This document shows positions 11,270-22,405 of a stretch of DNA of 64,000 bases, one piece after another. Each line of letters starts with the position of its first letter. Position 1 is the stretch's first letter. A program made the position numbers and the translations under genes. The notes beneath the pieces are model-generated. The model had not been told where the DNA came from. It searched no databases and was given only the letters and a program-made list of their open reading frames with translations. The stretch comes from an uncultured delta proteobacterium (GTDB lineage: Bacteria > Desulfobacterota > Binatia > Binatales > Binataceae): the NCBI GenBank assembly GCA_963724765.1, contig CAVRVY010000003.1, positions 1-64,000 on the forward strand, given 5' to 3'.

Positions 11270-12112
11270 TCACGGGCGGCGTCCCGCCCATCCCACCAGG
11301 CTATTTCCTAACGCGACCACTGCGTCGGTCAATCCGGGGAACAGCGCGGCGAGCTTCTCAGCGACGGCTGCTCCAGGCGGGACATCAACTTCGGCCAGAC
11401 CCAACACGACCGCCGCGAGCACAGCCCACGTTACCCATTGCGGCGGCATCGCAATAAGGTTGTCGGGTAGCCCGGCTTTCTTGCTATTGCTCCCCCGGAC
11501 CATCGGCGTGTCTATGACTCCCGGCATTATCAACAACGCTGTAATGCCGCTGCCATAGAGTTCCACGCGTAGCGCTTCGGTGAGACCAACCACCGCGAAT
11601 TTCGTCGCACAGTACCCGCCGAGCGGCGGTAACCCGCGCCGCCCCGCCAGCGAGGCAATGTTGACGATATTTCCCCTGGATCGGGCGCGCATCGACGGCA
11701 GGACCGCCTGCATAGCATGCACCGTGCCGTAAAGATTCACCGCCATCATCCGCTCGAGGTCCGCCGGGTCCATCGATTCGACATTGTCCGGTATCAGGAC
11801 GCCGGCCGAGTTCACGAGGATATCGATCGCGCCGAAGGTCTCGAGCGTGCGATCCACGGCCCCGCGCACTTCGGAGGCATGGGTCACGTCCGCACCTAGC
11901 GCTAGCGCCCGTGCTCCGGCCGATTCGACTTGCCCCTTAAGCTCATCCAGGAGTGCTTTGCGCCTGGCCAGCATCACGACTTGCGCGCCCATGCGGCTGA
12001 GGCTCATCGCTATGTCGCGTCCGATGCCGCTGGAGGCGCCGGTTATCAAGACGGTCCGATCGCGAAAATAGCCGGCGCCCAGCATTTTCGACCAGTCTAT
12101 TTGCTCAGCCAT
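11270..12112 (-). CDS. SDR oxidoreductase
   Basis: TGASSGIG, NSAG, YCATK. Confidence 0.88.
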   Translation of the reverse strand: MAEQIDWSKMLGAGYFRDRTVLITGASSGIGRDIAMSLSRMGAQVVMLARRKALLDELKGQVESAGARALALGADVTHASEVRGAVDRTLETFGAIDILVNSAGVLIPDNVESMDPADLERMMAVNLYGTVHAMQAVLPSMRARSRGNIVNIASLAGRRGLPPLGGYCATKFAVVGLTEALRVELYGSGITALLIMPGVIDTPMVRGSNSKKAGLPDNLIAMPPQWVTWAVLAAVVLGLAEVDVPPGAAVAEKLAALFPGLTDAVVALGNSLVGWAGRRP

Positions 12113-12269
12113 GATCCACCGTTCTGGAGAGGCGGTCTTGCACTTCCTCTCCCTTGGGACGGCGAAAAGAATCGCCGCGAATCCGGGTAAATTCACGCGC
12201 GTCCAAATAGTTTCATCTCTCGCACGGCTCTCCAGCGGCGGGGAGCATCGTGGAATATATGAAGGGACG

Positions 12270-13328
12270 CTAGCGTCCAGTGGCCGCCGGACCCTTCATA
12301 AACTCGGGCATAATCTTGGTGGCGAAGAGGTCGAAGGAGCGGCGGGTCTGGTCGGCGGTCAGGCTGCCCCAGGCGAATGCCAATACCATGTAATCACATT
12401 CCGACTCCTCGAAGCATTTCGCTATCTGGTCACGTACCGAGGAGACCGTACCGGAGAACGACGCGCCGGCCTGATGGTAGGTCTCGTGTTCGGGCGGAAA
12501 GGCGAGCACGACCGTGTTGAAGTCGCGCCAGAGCTTCTGGATGTTGTGATAGAAGACGCGGTAGGACTCGCACGCCACCTGCTCGGCCTCGTGATCGGTG
12601 TTGGCAATGTAGATGTGGCGAGTCACCCCGATCTTGGGCTTGCTCACGTGCGCGTTCACATTTTGCGGGCTGTTGACGCTCTCTTTGACATGTTCGCGGT
12701 AGACGGCTGTTACCCGCTTCACAAGCTGGATCGGGCCGAGTGAGATCATGTGCATGCCGTGGCGCGCGGCGTGGCGTGCGCTGTCGTCGCTGATGCTCCC
12801 GTACCAGAAGGCCGGATGCGGCCTCTGCATCGGGCGGAGCTCCATCGGGACCTTATCGTAGCGGTAATAGGGACCGCGATGGGTCAGGCGCTCGTTGCGG
12901 AGCCCTTTGACGATGGCCTCGAGCGCGTCCTCGTATATGTCGCGCCTATCGTAAAATGGTATGCGATGCTGGGCGAGTTCGAAGGGCGACACCCCGGCGC
13001 CTACACCGATCTCAAGCCGCCCGCCGCTTAAATGATCGAGCATGCAGATCTCTTCGATCAGGCGAAGCGGGCTATAGAACGGGAGCAGGTAGACCGCCGT
13101 TCCAAGCCGAAGATGGCGCGTGTGCTGGGCGGCGGCGGCTAGAAAGAGATTCGGCGACGGCGCCACCCCGAGCGGGGTCTGGTGATGCTGGGCGAGGTGA
13201 TAACCCCAGATGCCTGCCTGGTCGTAGGCTTTGAGCAGGCTGAGCCGCTCTTGGTACAGCTCCTCCAGGTTCGGGCTGCCACTCGTGCGCTCGATATGAT
13301 CGAAAACTCCAAAGCTCAACTCTTTCAT
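12270..13328 (-). CDS. Luciferase-like (LLM) flavin monooxygenase
   Basis: LRLGTAVYLLPFYSPLRLIEEICMLDHLSGGRLEIGVG. Confidence 0.9.
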   Translation of the reverse strand: MKELSFGVFDHIERTSGSPNLEELYQERLSLLKAYDQAGIWGYHLAQHHQTPLGVAPSPNLFLAAAAQHTRHLRLGTAVYLLPFYSPLRLIEEICMLDHLSGGRLEIGVGAGVSPFELAQHRIPFYDRRDIYEDALEAIVKGLRNERLTHRGPYYRYDKVPMELRPMQRPHPAFWYGSISDDSARHAARHGMHMISLGPIQLVKRVTAVYREHVKESVNSPQNVNAHVSKPKIGVTRHIYIANTDHEAEQVACESYRVFYHNIQKLWRDFNTVVLAFPPEHETYHQAGASFSGTVSSVRDQIAKCFEESECDYMVLAFAWGSLTADQTRRSFDLFATKIMPEFMKGPAATGR

Positions 13329-13371
13329 CGTCGCCCTCTCTGAATCAATTTCATCCTCTGCCTCCGGTGGT

Positions 13372-14492
13372 TCAGAGTTTGGGCACCACCATCACGTGAA
13401 TCGCGTTTTGGCCCTCGACCCGGCCGGCCAGCGTGCGCACGGCGAGGTCGACTTCGTTGAGGCCGAATGTGTGCGTATGCATCTTTTCGAGCGGACGTCT
13501 GCGCGATTCGATGAGCGCCAGTGCCGGCTCGAAGGCGCGCAGGTCCTGCGACCAAACGCCCTTGATGGTCAGCTCTTTTATCAGAAGCTTGTCGCTGACC
13601 AGGTCGGGTATCGTCGCACCGGAACCTTTGACGCCGGCGATGATGATCGTCGCGCCTGGCTTGGCGATCTCGACTGCGTCCGTGATCGGCTGCACCGAGA
13701 CTGCTGTGACGTCGACCACCACGTCGGCGCCTTCGCCGCCGGTCAGCTCACTTACGCGCTCCACCGTGTCCTCCTGGTCGGCGACAATCGTAGCGTCAGC
13801 GCCAAACTCGTGCGCCAGCTCAAGCTTGTGCGCATCCTTTCTGAGCCCCGTCACGATTACGCGCCCGGCCCCGGCCTCGCGCACGGCTACAACACTCGCA
13901 AGTCCCCGCTGGCCGCATCCAAGGATCACCACCGTGTCGCCGATCTTGGTGCCCGGCTCCTGCACGGCCCATCGCATACCCGCGGCGAGCGGTTGGTAGA
14001 GCGCCTACGAGCTCGATCGGAAGACTCGGCGCGACCTTGTGCATCACGGTGTGTGGGTCGAGGTACATGTACTCAGCGTAGCCGCCCCACAACCCCGGCG
14101 CGACGCTGGTCGGGATAAAAGCATAGGAGGCGATCGCCGGTGCCGGGGCGGCCCGTGCGGCAACGCCGGTATGCGCCGGTCAGACACGCCCGGCAATATC
14201 CGCATCCCAGCACCGGCTCAACCGCCACGCGGTCGCCACGCTTGACGCCCCAGTGACTAGCGGCCTCCGTGCCGACCTCCTCGATATAACCGACCGGCTC
14301 GTGACCGGGGATCACCGGGTAACGCAGACCGAGCTGCCTGAAAGCGCCGTCGTATTGCTCGACGTCGCTACCGCACATCCCGCATGCCTCGACCCGCAGC
14401 AGTCCCGCGTCGGGGCCGATCTTCGGCAGTTCGAACTCCTCGATCTCAGTTCGGCGGTCGTCCACCTGCACCGCCGCACGTACTTTGGCCAT
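13372..14492 (-). pseudogene. Zinc-binding alcohol dehydrogenase, two frameshifts
   Basis: CGSD, GHE and CGYCRAC..C in 14073-14492; WGGYAEY in 13820-14092; GCGQRG in 13372-13977. Confidence 0.82.
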
Positions 14493-14520
14493 CGCGGGCC
14501 CTCCCTAATGCGCTGGGCAC

Positions 14521-15291
14521 TCAGCCTGCGGTCAGGCCCGCATCGACTACCAGCGTGGTGCCTGTTATGTAGTCCGCCTCGTCGGAGGCCAGGAAAGTTG
14601 CCGCCGCGGCGATATCGGTCGGCTTGCCCCATCGGCCTAGTGGAATCGTCACGACGAACTTCTGCGCCATCATTTGCGAGTCCGGATCCCTGGGGTTCGC
14701 GTAGCGCTCGGTCATCGGCGTATTAATCAGCCCGGGCGCAATCGCGTTGACGCGGATCCGCTTGGGCGCAAGCTCCAGCGCAGCGACCCGGGTGAGATTG
14801 ATCACGCCCGCCTTTGTTACACCGTAGGCCGCCCGATTTAGAAAGCCGCGAAGCCCGGCGATCGACGCGATATTGACGATCGCGCCCTGAACGCCGGCTT
14901 TGATCATCTCGCTGGCTACCCGGCGCAGGCAGAAGAATGGCCCGGTCAGGTTGGTAGCAAGCGTGTTGTGCCACTCCTCGTCGGACATTTCGACGATGGG
15001 CGAGGCGAAACGGATCCCCGCGTTGTTCACCAGGACGTCGATCCGGCCGAAGCGCTCCAGTGTCTTGGTCACCATTGCGTTGACGTCCTGTAGCCGCGCG
15101 ACGTTGGTCGGGATAGCGAGCGCCTCGCTGCTCGTGGTCTCGGCGATCTGCGCCGCCGTAGCCGCCGCCTTGCGTTGGTCCAGCTCGGCGACAACGACCT
15201 TGGCGCCCTCCGTGGCAAAACGCATCGCGATTCCCTGCCCAATCCCCGACCCCGCCCCGGTGACGATTGCAACCTTGTCCTTGAGCAGCAC
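14521..15291 (-). CDS. SDR oxidoreductase (FabG-like)
   Basis: TGAGSGIG, NNAG, YGVTK; GTG start after GGAGGAGG. Confidence 0.88.
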   Translation of the reverse strand: MLLKDKVAIVTGAGSGIGQGIAMRFATEGAKVVVAELDQRKAAATAAQIAETTSSEALAIPTNVARLQDVNAMVTKTLERFGRIDVLVNNAGIRFASPIVEMSDEEWHNTLATNLTGPFFCLRRVASEMIKAGVQGAIVNIASIAGLRGFLNRAAYGVTKAGVINLTRVAALELAPKRIRVNAIAPGLINTPMTERYANPRDPDSQMMAQKFVVTIPLGRWGKPTDIAAAATFLASDEADYITGTTLVVDAGLTAG

Positions 15292-15619
15292 TGCAAGCCT
15301 CCTCCAGGTGGTTTCGGCGTCGCGGCCGCAAGCCCGTCCGTCTGCGATCCTTGTAGACCTAGTTCGCCGATGAGGCAAAGCCCGTGCGACCGCCTGCATG
15401 GATTAGCCCCCGGAGCACCCCGCCAGCGGGGATCTTCGACCCGACGATCGCGTCCGATCTTCGTCATCGCGCGGCTCGTTCTCGGGTGCTCTTTGCCTCC
15501 ATCTCTGCCATAAATCTGCCACGAGTTTTCACCTCGTTCGACCTGGGCAAGATCGTCGAGTCGTCCGGCGATCGACGCCCGTCAGAAAGTGGCGGTGCTC
15601 ATCGGCGCATTTTGAAGTG

Positions 15620-16114
15620 CTACATCAAGGGGTTACGCAGAAGCGATAAGGACACCGATCTCGGGCTCTCGTACTTGAGCGGGGCGCAAGGTGTCTCTGC
15701 GACCTCCATGGCCAGCATCGTAAGGTCGATCTCCGGCTGCTCATCGATGACTGCGCGAGAGAGAAAGGCCAGATCATTTAGCGAACCCAGAACGCTACGA
15801 TTTGCGGTGGCACCAGTCATAACTTTAGCCATCTCGCGCGCTTCGTGATCCGATGACCCTGGCGGAACTCCAATGCATCGGAGAACTGACTGGACGGCTG
15901 CTTGAAACCGGGGAACGAAAGATGCCGGGTCTTTTGCCGCAACGAATACCCGAAGCAAAGAGCGTTCGCTGACGCAGATGACGAGTCGCAAACGCTCGGT
16001 AAAAAGCAGGTTGGCGTACCAGTCGCCGAGGCAAGTAGTAGGACGAACGCCGTCAGCGCGAATGACGGCGTGAAGATGTTTGAGAAGCTTGCGGGTACAG
16101 TGGAGAGTTAGCAT
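15620..16114 (-). CDS. DUF6933-like hypothetical protein
   Basis: MLTLHCTRKLL..LGDWYANLL..TANRSVLGSLND pattern, recognised from memory. Confidence 0.6.
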   Translation of the reverse strand: MLTLHCTRKLLKHLHAVIRADGVRPTTCLGDWYANLLFTERLRLVICVSERSLLRVFVAAKDPASFVPRFQAAVQSVLRCIGVPPGSSDHEAREMAKVMTGATANRSVLGSLNDLAFLSRAVIDEQPEIDLTMLAMEVAETPCAPLKYESPRSVSLSLLRNPLM

Positions 16115-16273
16115 AGAGGATTGCCTAAAACCTGAGTCTACGGCTTTGCGAGTGCCTGCGCAGACTCCGGTGGAACTGTCGTAGAACCAGTCTCTGCCAA
16201 TCAAGCGGGTAACTCTCCTTTTATTGTTCGGATAAGGCAGCTCGGGAAAGATGGCAATCGGCAACGTTGCTCA

Positions 16274-17197
16274 ATGAATCTTACCGACGAACAGCACGCT
16301 ATTTGCCAAGCCGCCCGTGATTTGGATGTGGGCTCGTCGCTGAAGATTCAAGCCTTTGCCGGCACCGGTAAAACCACCACACTTGCAGCAATTGCTGAGT
16401 CGCTCGTCCAGCGAAAATTTCTTTACCTTGTTTTCAACCGCGCGGCCGCGGATGAGGCAGAACATAAAATGCCGTCCAATGTGACGGTGCGCACCGCGCA
16501 TGCGCTCGCCTTCAGAAGCGTCGGCTATGTCTACAAGTCACGTCTGGCAAGCAGCCCTTGGGCTTGGTTTCCATACCTGAAAGAGAAAATGCCTCGTGCG
16601 CTCGATTCAGTCGTCCGTATGGGAAGAGACGCGACTTCTGCCGGAGCCTTGATAATCCGAATGTTGGAGCAATTCCTGAGAACTACCGACGGCGCAAATG
16701 GGGGCGATTCACGCTCCCTATTGGTGTGACGACAATGTCGCGGCAGCTGCGGGCTATGCTGCCGAGGCCCTATGGAGGAACATTTGTAAGCACAACAGCA
16801 TTGCGCCGGTCACCCACGATTGCTATTTGAAGCTCTTCTATTTGCAGGGCCGGGAGCTCGCGCCGCGGGATTGGACCGTCATGCTCGATGAGGCGCAGGA
16901 CGCGGACCCGGTGATTTTGGGCCTTCTGAACGTCACAAAGGTGCGCGCATAATCGTTGGCGACAAGTATCAGCAACTCTACCAATGGCGGGGAGCGGTCA
17001 ACGCGCTTAGCCGAATGCGTTCGGACAGTGCGGAACTTTCGCTTACGCGAACGTTCAGATTTGGCACGGGTGCGGCTGAATGGGCCAACCGGGTGCTCGA
17101 AATCATTGGCGAGAAATTACGCATAATTCCCGCGCCGCACCGGACCACCGTCCACTGCCGACCCAGGAAGCAAAGCAGCTTGATCAAACGCCCTTAG
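16274..17197 (+). pseudogene. UvrD/Rep-like SF1 helicase, frameshifted and truncated
   Basis: AFAGTGKTT, VFNR, DEAQD, VGDKYQQLYQWRGA, LTRTFRFG spread over three frames. Confidence 0.82.
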
Positions 17198-17591
17198 AGG
17201 AACACGTCTCGCGGTTGCGGAGGTCGCCTTGTCGGTGATGGTAACCGGTCGGACCGGCGCTTTCTCCAAACCTGTCTTGTCCCTGGCCCTCGAGGCCGCT
17301 GAGTTGATCAGGAGAAGGCGCGCGGATTTTCATCAGGGCTCCTTTCAGAGGCCGAATATGTAGCTGCAACCGGCTTCACCCTCAACTCGGCAAACGGCTT
17401 TCGCTCGGGGCTGGGTCCATAAAGGGACCGGCGCTTCGCCGTTTGGTTTGTACTTTTATCGCAGCGTTTGCGAGGATGCGGTCGATCCAGGCCTCGAACG
17501 ATCGGCAGTTGGCGCGCCCGCATTCTCGCAGACGCAGCCTCTGTGCGATTACCGGGGCCGCAAATCGCACAATCACGGTGGAGGAATTCCA

Positions 17592-18473
17592 GTGGAAAAG
17601 CGTACCGTAAAATTCTACAGCGAAAGCGTTCGGCTCGAGGGCGATCTCTATCTGCCCTCCGATTTGAAAGCCGGAGATCGGCGCCCCGGAATCGTTCTCT
17701 GCCACGGGTTTACGGGTCTGCGCGCGTTGATTCTCGGCGACTACGCGAAAGTCTTCGTCGACGCGGGCTTTGTCGCGTTCACCTTCGATTATCGCGGCTT
17801 CGGCGGCAGCGAAGGCGAGAAGTGGCGCCTGATTCCGCTCGAACAGATCGACGATATCCGTAACGCGATCAGCTTCTTCGAAGCGCAGCCCCAGGTCGAT
17901 CCTGAACGAATCGGTCTGTGGGGCACGAGCTTCGGCGGCGCTAACGCGCCCTATGCCGCGGCGGTCGATTCACGCGTCAAGGCGGTCGTCGGCCAGGTCG
18001 GATTCGGCGACGGCGAGCGCTTCATGCTCGACGTTCGCAGCTACGGCGAGCGGGTTGAACTGATGCGCAAGCTGGCCGAGGACCGCCGCCGCCGCGCGCT
18101 CGAAGGCTTCGGCGAGCGGGTCGATCCGATCGACCTCGCGCTGCGCAGCTCGCAGTCGCGCAACTTCCTGCCGCAGGCGCTTAAGGCCGTGCCCGGGATG
18201 AAATGTGATCTCTCGTGGGAGACGGTCGAAAAGACTCTCGAGTACAAGCCAATCGACGTAGTCCATCGGATCTCGCCGCGCGCTCTGCTGCTAATCGGTG
18301 CGCGTGACGACAATGTCTGCCCGATCGAAGGCTACGAGAAACTCTACGCGCGGGCTTGCGAACCGAAGAAGCTCGTGGTGCTGCCGATCGAGCATTACGA
18401 TATTTACGCGGGCAAATGGTTCGACGAGTCGGCCCGGCTCGCCCGCGAATGGTTCGAGTGGTTCCTGAACTAG
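17592..18473 (+). CDS. Alpha/beta hydrolase (paralog of 8680-9579)
   Basis: CHGF, DYRGFGGSEG, WGTSFGG; GTG start after GGAGG. Confidence 0.88.
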   Translation: MEKRTVKFYSESVRLEGDLYLPSDLKAGDRRPGIVLCHGFTGLRALILGDYAKVFVDAGFVAFTFDYRGFGGSEGEKWRLIPLEQIDDIRNAISFFEAQPQVDPERIGLWGTSFGGANAPYAAAVDSRVKAVVGQVGFGDGERFMLDVRSYGERVELMRKLAEDRRRRALEGFGERVDPIDLALRSSQSRNFLPQALKAVPGMKCDLSWETVEKTLEYKPIDVVHRISPRALLLIGARDDNVCPIEGYEKLYARACEPKKLVVLPIEHYDIYAGKWFDESARLAREWFEWFLN

Positions 18474-18551
18474 GTCGCGTTGTCTGGCGCGCGCGGATTA
18501 ATCCCCGCGCGCGATCATTTCGGCCGGGATTTGCCGGCAGGAGGATCCCTC

Positions 18552-18998
18552 ATGTTGCAGAAGCTGTTTCACGTCAACATCTGCGTCCGCGATATGGAGC
18601 GGTCGATCCGCTTCTACCAAGATCTGGGTTTCACCAAGGTGAAGGATTTCACCCTTGACGATCCGAGCGTCGGCGACGCGCTTGGCCTAAAGGCCAAAAA
18701 GCTCCGCGGCGTCTTCATGCGTCTCGGCGACGATCCTAACTCTCCCGTGCTCGACCTCGTCCAATTCATCGACCCGCCGCCGCAGGGCCAGCCCTACCCG
18801 ACGCTCAACAACATCGGCATCTGCCGCATCGCCTTCACCGTCGACGATATCGACCGGACCTACGCGGCTCTGCAGGCACAGAAGGTCCAATGTGTGCCGC
18901 CGCTCAAGAAGATCAAGGGGCCCGACGGTGCCACGATCGGCGTGGTCTGCTTCAAGGATCCGGATGGCGCGATCCTCGAACTGATCAGCGGAATGTAG
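18552..18998 (+). CDS. VOC/glyoxalase family protein
   Basis: HVNICVRDMERSIRFY ... FKDPDGAILEL. Confidence 0.88.
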   Translation: MLQKLFHVNICVRDMERSIRFYQDLGFTKVKDFTLDDPSVGDALGLKAKKLRGVFMRLGDDPNSPVLDLVQFIDPPPQGQPYPTLNNIGICRIAFTVDDIDRTYAALQAQKVQCVPPLKKIKGPDGATIGVVCFKDPDGAILELISGM

Positions 18999-19028
18999 CG
19001 CGGTAGAAGCAACCACGCGGAGGGAACC

Positions 19029-19745
19029 ATGTCATTGGCGCACAGCACTGTCGTAATTCTCGGCGGCAGCTCGGGTATCGGGCTTGCGACCGCGAAGGCC
19101 GCCAAAGCCGAAGGCGCACGGGTCGTCGTAACCGGCCGATCCGCCGATCGGCTCAAGTCCGCACAGGCCCTGCTCGGCGCAGACGCTCGCACCGTCGCCC
19201 TCGACGTGGCCGACGAGGCCGGCACCCGCGCCCTGTTCCAGGAGCTCGACCGCGTCGACCACGTTTTCATCACCGCCGGCATCGTCGTGCTGGATTCGGG
19301 GCTTGCACCCGACAGCGCTTCGCTACGGCCGGCGCTCGAGACCCGCTTCTGGGGTGCCTTCGCCGCGGCCAAGTATGGCGCCGCCAAGATGCGGGGAGGC
19401 GGGTCCATCACGTTCATGTCCGGGACTACCGCTCGGCGGCCGCTCAAGGGCGCTGCGGTAGCGACCGCCTCGTGCGGCGCGGTCGAAGCGTTTGCCCGCG
19501 CGCTCGCCGTCGATTTGGCGCCGATTCGGGTGAACACAATTCAACCGGGGTACGTGGACACGCCGATGCTCGACGAACTGCTCGGAGAAGCGCGCAATGC
19601 AATCAAGGCAGAGGCCGGCGCCCACCTGCCCGTCAAGCGGATCGGCCGTCCGGAGGAGATCGCCGACGCTGTCCTGTTCCTGATGAAGAACGGATACGTC
19701 AACGGCATTACACTGACCGTCGACGGCGGCGGCCTGCTGGTCTAG
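19029..19745 (+). CDS. SDR oxidoreductase
   Basis: GGSSGIG, IRVNTIQPG, VDGG; lacks canonical YxxxK. Confidence 0.85.
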   Translation: MSLAHSTVVILGGSSGIGLATAKAAKAEGARVVVTGRSADRLKSAQALLGADARTVALDVADEAGTRALFQELDRVDHVFITAGIVVLDSGLAPDSASLRPALETRFWGAFAAAKYGAAKMRGGGSITFMSGTTARRPLKGAAVATASCGAVEAFARALAVDLAPIRVNTIQPGYVDTPMLDELLGEARNAIKAEAGAHLPVKRIGRPEEIADAVLFLMKNGYVNGITLTVDGGGLLV

Positions 19746-20006
19746 GCGCCGACGCGACGGATATTCGGCCGCCCTGCGATGAGAAGTCGCCTCGCCCGGT
19801 CGACGGTAAATCGTTTTAATCAAAGGGGCAACAGGCACCGAAGTGCGGTTTTGAGTCCAAGGCGCTTTGGGCATGAAAGCGAACCGGAGCTAAGTGCTGG
19901 ACTGCCGTTGGTCGAGGTAAATTCGACGGTTTTCTCCGTTCGGCAGTGACTCGGTTCCCTTCGCGAATTGATCTTGACGAGCGCCCATCGCCTCCCAACG
20001 TGGAAG

Positions 20007-20636
20007 ATGAAACTGAATCCATCAGAACTGAAACAAATCGTCGACCTCACCCTAGAACAGTACGAGCGTGGCGCCGATGACTACTGGGAAGGCACGCGCG
20101 ATCACAACGTCAGCCAGAATATCGCGGCGCTGTTGCAATATATCTATGGCGAGCCACCTTTCACGATACTCGATTTTGGCTGCGGGCCAGGACGCGACCT
20201 CAAGACCTTTGCCGACCTCGGTCACATCGCGGTGGGTTTGGACGGCGGCTCGCGCTTCGCCGCAATGGCGCGCATCCACAGCGGCTGCGAAGTGTGGCAA
20301 CAGGATTTCCTCAAGGTCGATCTGCCGGATAACCGTTTCGATGGCGTATTCGGCAACGCCGCGCTGTTTCATATACCGAGCCAGGAGTTGCCACGCGTGT
20401 TGCTGGAATTGCGTGCGACTCTGAAACCGGGTGGGGTGCTGTTCAGCTCGAACCCGCGCGGCCGTAACGAGGAGGGCTGGAACCAGGGGCGCTATGGCGC
20501 ATATTACAATCTGGACATTTGCCGCCGCTATATGTCAGCCGCGGGGTTCGTTGAGCTGACTCACTATTACCGCCCGCCCGGCCTGCCCCGCGATCGGCAG
20601 CCTTGGCTGGCAAGCGTCTGGCGCAAGCCATGCTGA
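20007..20636 (+). CDS. Class I SAM-dependent methyltransferase
   Basis: ILDFGCGPGRD motif I, FDGVFGNAALFH, LKPGGVL. Confidence 0.88.
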   Translation: MKLNPSELKQIVDLTLEQYERGADDYWEGTRDHNVSQNIAALLQYIYGEPPFTILDFGCGPGRDLKTFADLGHIAVGLDGGSRFAAMARIHSGCEVWQQDFLKVDLPDNRFDGVFGNAALFHIPSQELPRVLLELRATLKPGGVLFSSNPRGRNEEGWNQGRYGAYYNLDICRRYMSAAGFVELTHYYRPPGLPRDRQPWLASVWRKPC

Positions 20637-20933
20637 AGAACATCGTTTTCCTTGGAAGTTTCATGAATCAAGATTAAGAGCTCCAACAACTGCCGGAATA
20701 GAAATGCCTTTACCAGAAGAAACCGACTATGACGATAACGAAGATAAAAAAAGTGCCGACGTCGCGCCAATTGCGTCTGTTGCGCTGGCGTCTTGCCAGC
20801 AATGACACCGCCTTCTGAGTTCGGTGTAGCGTTCTGACGCCGCGCGCTTACCGTCACCCCTAATGTGGCGCCGAACCAAGCGCGTCGGGGCGGCTCCGCG
20901 CTCGACGCGCGCACGGTGCGGGTCGTCTCGATC

Positions 20934-21638
20934 TCATGGAAGAGAACGTCCCCTTCTTAGCAGGCTTTCACTGATGGGAGCTGTGGTAAGCAAAACTATC
21001 CAGAGCCACCCGGCAGCAAGAATCCAACCGCCAGCCACGTCGGTAGGCCAGTGCACCCCCAGATAGATGCGCGAGGTCCCAACAAAGAACGATAGGGCGG
21101 CGGCGAGCGCCCACAAGATCATCTGAGTGCGCTGACCGAAGGCCCGCAAGCGTGTGGCGAGACAGGCAGCGCCGCCGTAAACAACGGCCGAACGCGTCGC
21201 GTGCCCCGAAGGGAACGACCACCCCGACTCGGAAACGACCATCCATGTTACCGGGGGCCGAGGGCGAGCGATCACGAGCTTCATAACCCTCTCGATTGCT
21301 ACGGCGCCGACAGCCATGGCTACAAGAATCAACAAGGGGCGCCAACTGCCTGTCTGACTGCGCAGAACCGACCCGGCGATGATTACCACGGCCAAAACGA
21401 AGCCGTCGCTGCCGAGCCTGGTAATCTCTCGCATCGCAGCCGTTAGCCAGCCCACTCGATGTGTAGCGATGCAGCTAAGGATCGGAGCGTCAATCAGCGC
21501 CGTTGCCGCGGGCCCCAGCACTTTCCACAGCAGTTCCGTGACTACACAGGCGACGACCAAAAACGCACCCAGTCCGAGGGCGAGTGAAAGACACCACGCA
21601 ACCTCAGACCCTAGGCAACGTTGCACGCCGTTCTTCAT
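20934..21638 (-). CDS. PAP2-family membrane phosphatase
   Basis: K..IARPRP, SFPSGHA, SRIYLGVHWPTDV; start uncertain. Confidence 0.88.
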   Translation of the reverse strand: MKNGVQRCLGSEVAWCLSLALGLGAFLVVACVVTELLWKVLGPAATALIDAPILSCIATHRVGWLTAAMREITRLGSDGFVLAVVIIAGSVLRSQTGSWRPLLILVAMAVGAVAIERVMKLVIARPRPPVTWMVVSESGWSFPSGHATRSAVVYGGAACLATRLRAFGQRTQMILWALAAALSFFVGTSRIYLGVHWPTDVAGGWILAAGWLWIVLLTTAPISESLLRRGRSLP

Positions 21639-21667
21639 GGGACACCGATCAAGCGTTGAATAAGCCC

Positions 21668-22190
21668 TGTCCCTAAACCCGGAAAGCATAGAAAAGTCTA
21701 GCGATTTATCTTGCCCGGCCGTACCGGCCGTAGTGTCACGGGCATCCTCGCATTCATCTTGGCGCTTCTTTCATGGCTCGCTCGTCGGTTTTGCAGCCGC
21801 GCGGAATTGGAGCTCGAGGTCATTGCCCTCCGCCACTGGACTGACAGTACCGCGTCGCCAGTGCGCTGGCCGCACCCGGCTCTCCGCGTTCGATCGCCTC
21901 TCTGGATCTGGCTCTACGGGTCTGGCCGCGTGCCTGAACGTCATAGTGTTGGTGAAAGCCGGCCAACGTGGTCCAGTGGCACCATCTGCGCTGCGCACCC
22001 CAGAGTGCCTTCGCCGACATGGCGTAGCTTCCTGCGCAACGAAGCAATCGGCATCGCCGCCATCGACATGTTCGTCGCCGTGTCGGCCTCGTTTCGACTG
22101 CTCTACGTCATGATCATCCTGGCTCACGATCGCAGAAAGATCGTGCGGTTCGATGTTACGCGGCGTTACACAGCGGCCTGGCTCCAGACA
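21668..22190 (+). mobile_element. IS-B degenerate 5' fragment
   Basis: TGTCCCT..CGGAAAGC..GAAAAGTCTAGCGATTTATC end shared with 48840-50134; eroded transposase. Confidence 0.75.
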
Positions 22191-22348
22191 TTCGGCGAAG
22201 AGTAGGCCTCAATGCGATCATGCTTGAGGCTGTTCCCGCAAATGAGAAAGGTGCGGCTCCGTTGCGACAGTGCAACGTGGTCGTGTTCGAGGATGCTAAG
22301 CCAGGCTCAGAAGAGGCCAAATTCTTCCAATTAGACGAACAGAGTTAA

Positions 22349-22364
22349 CGGCACATAACATGCT
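22349..22364 (+). promoter_or_regulatory. Putative sigma-54 (-24/-12) promoter
   Basis: CGGCACATAACATGCT = GG-N10-GC, ~40 bp upstream of the bactofilin ATG. Confidence 0.6.
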
Positions 22365-22405
22365 CACATTTGCTCCCTGGATCATATTAACAAGGGGAAT
22401 GAGAA

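Noticed and set aside
19029-19745. SDR lacking YxxxK as a novelty
   Set aside because: Atypical SDR subfamilies without the catalytic Tyr are already known.
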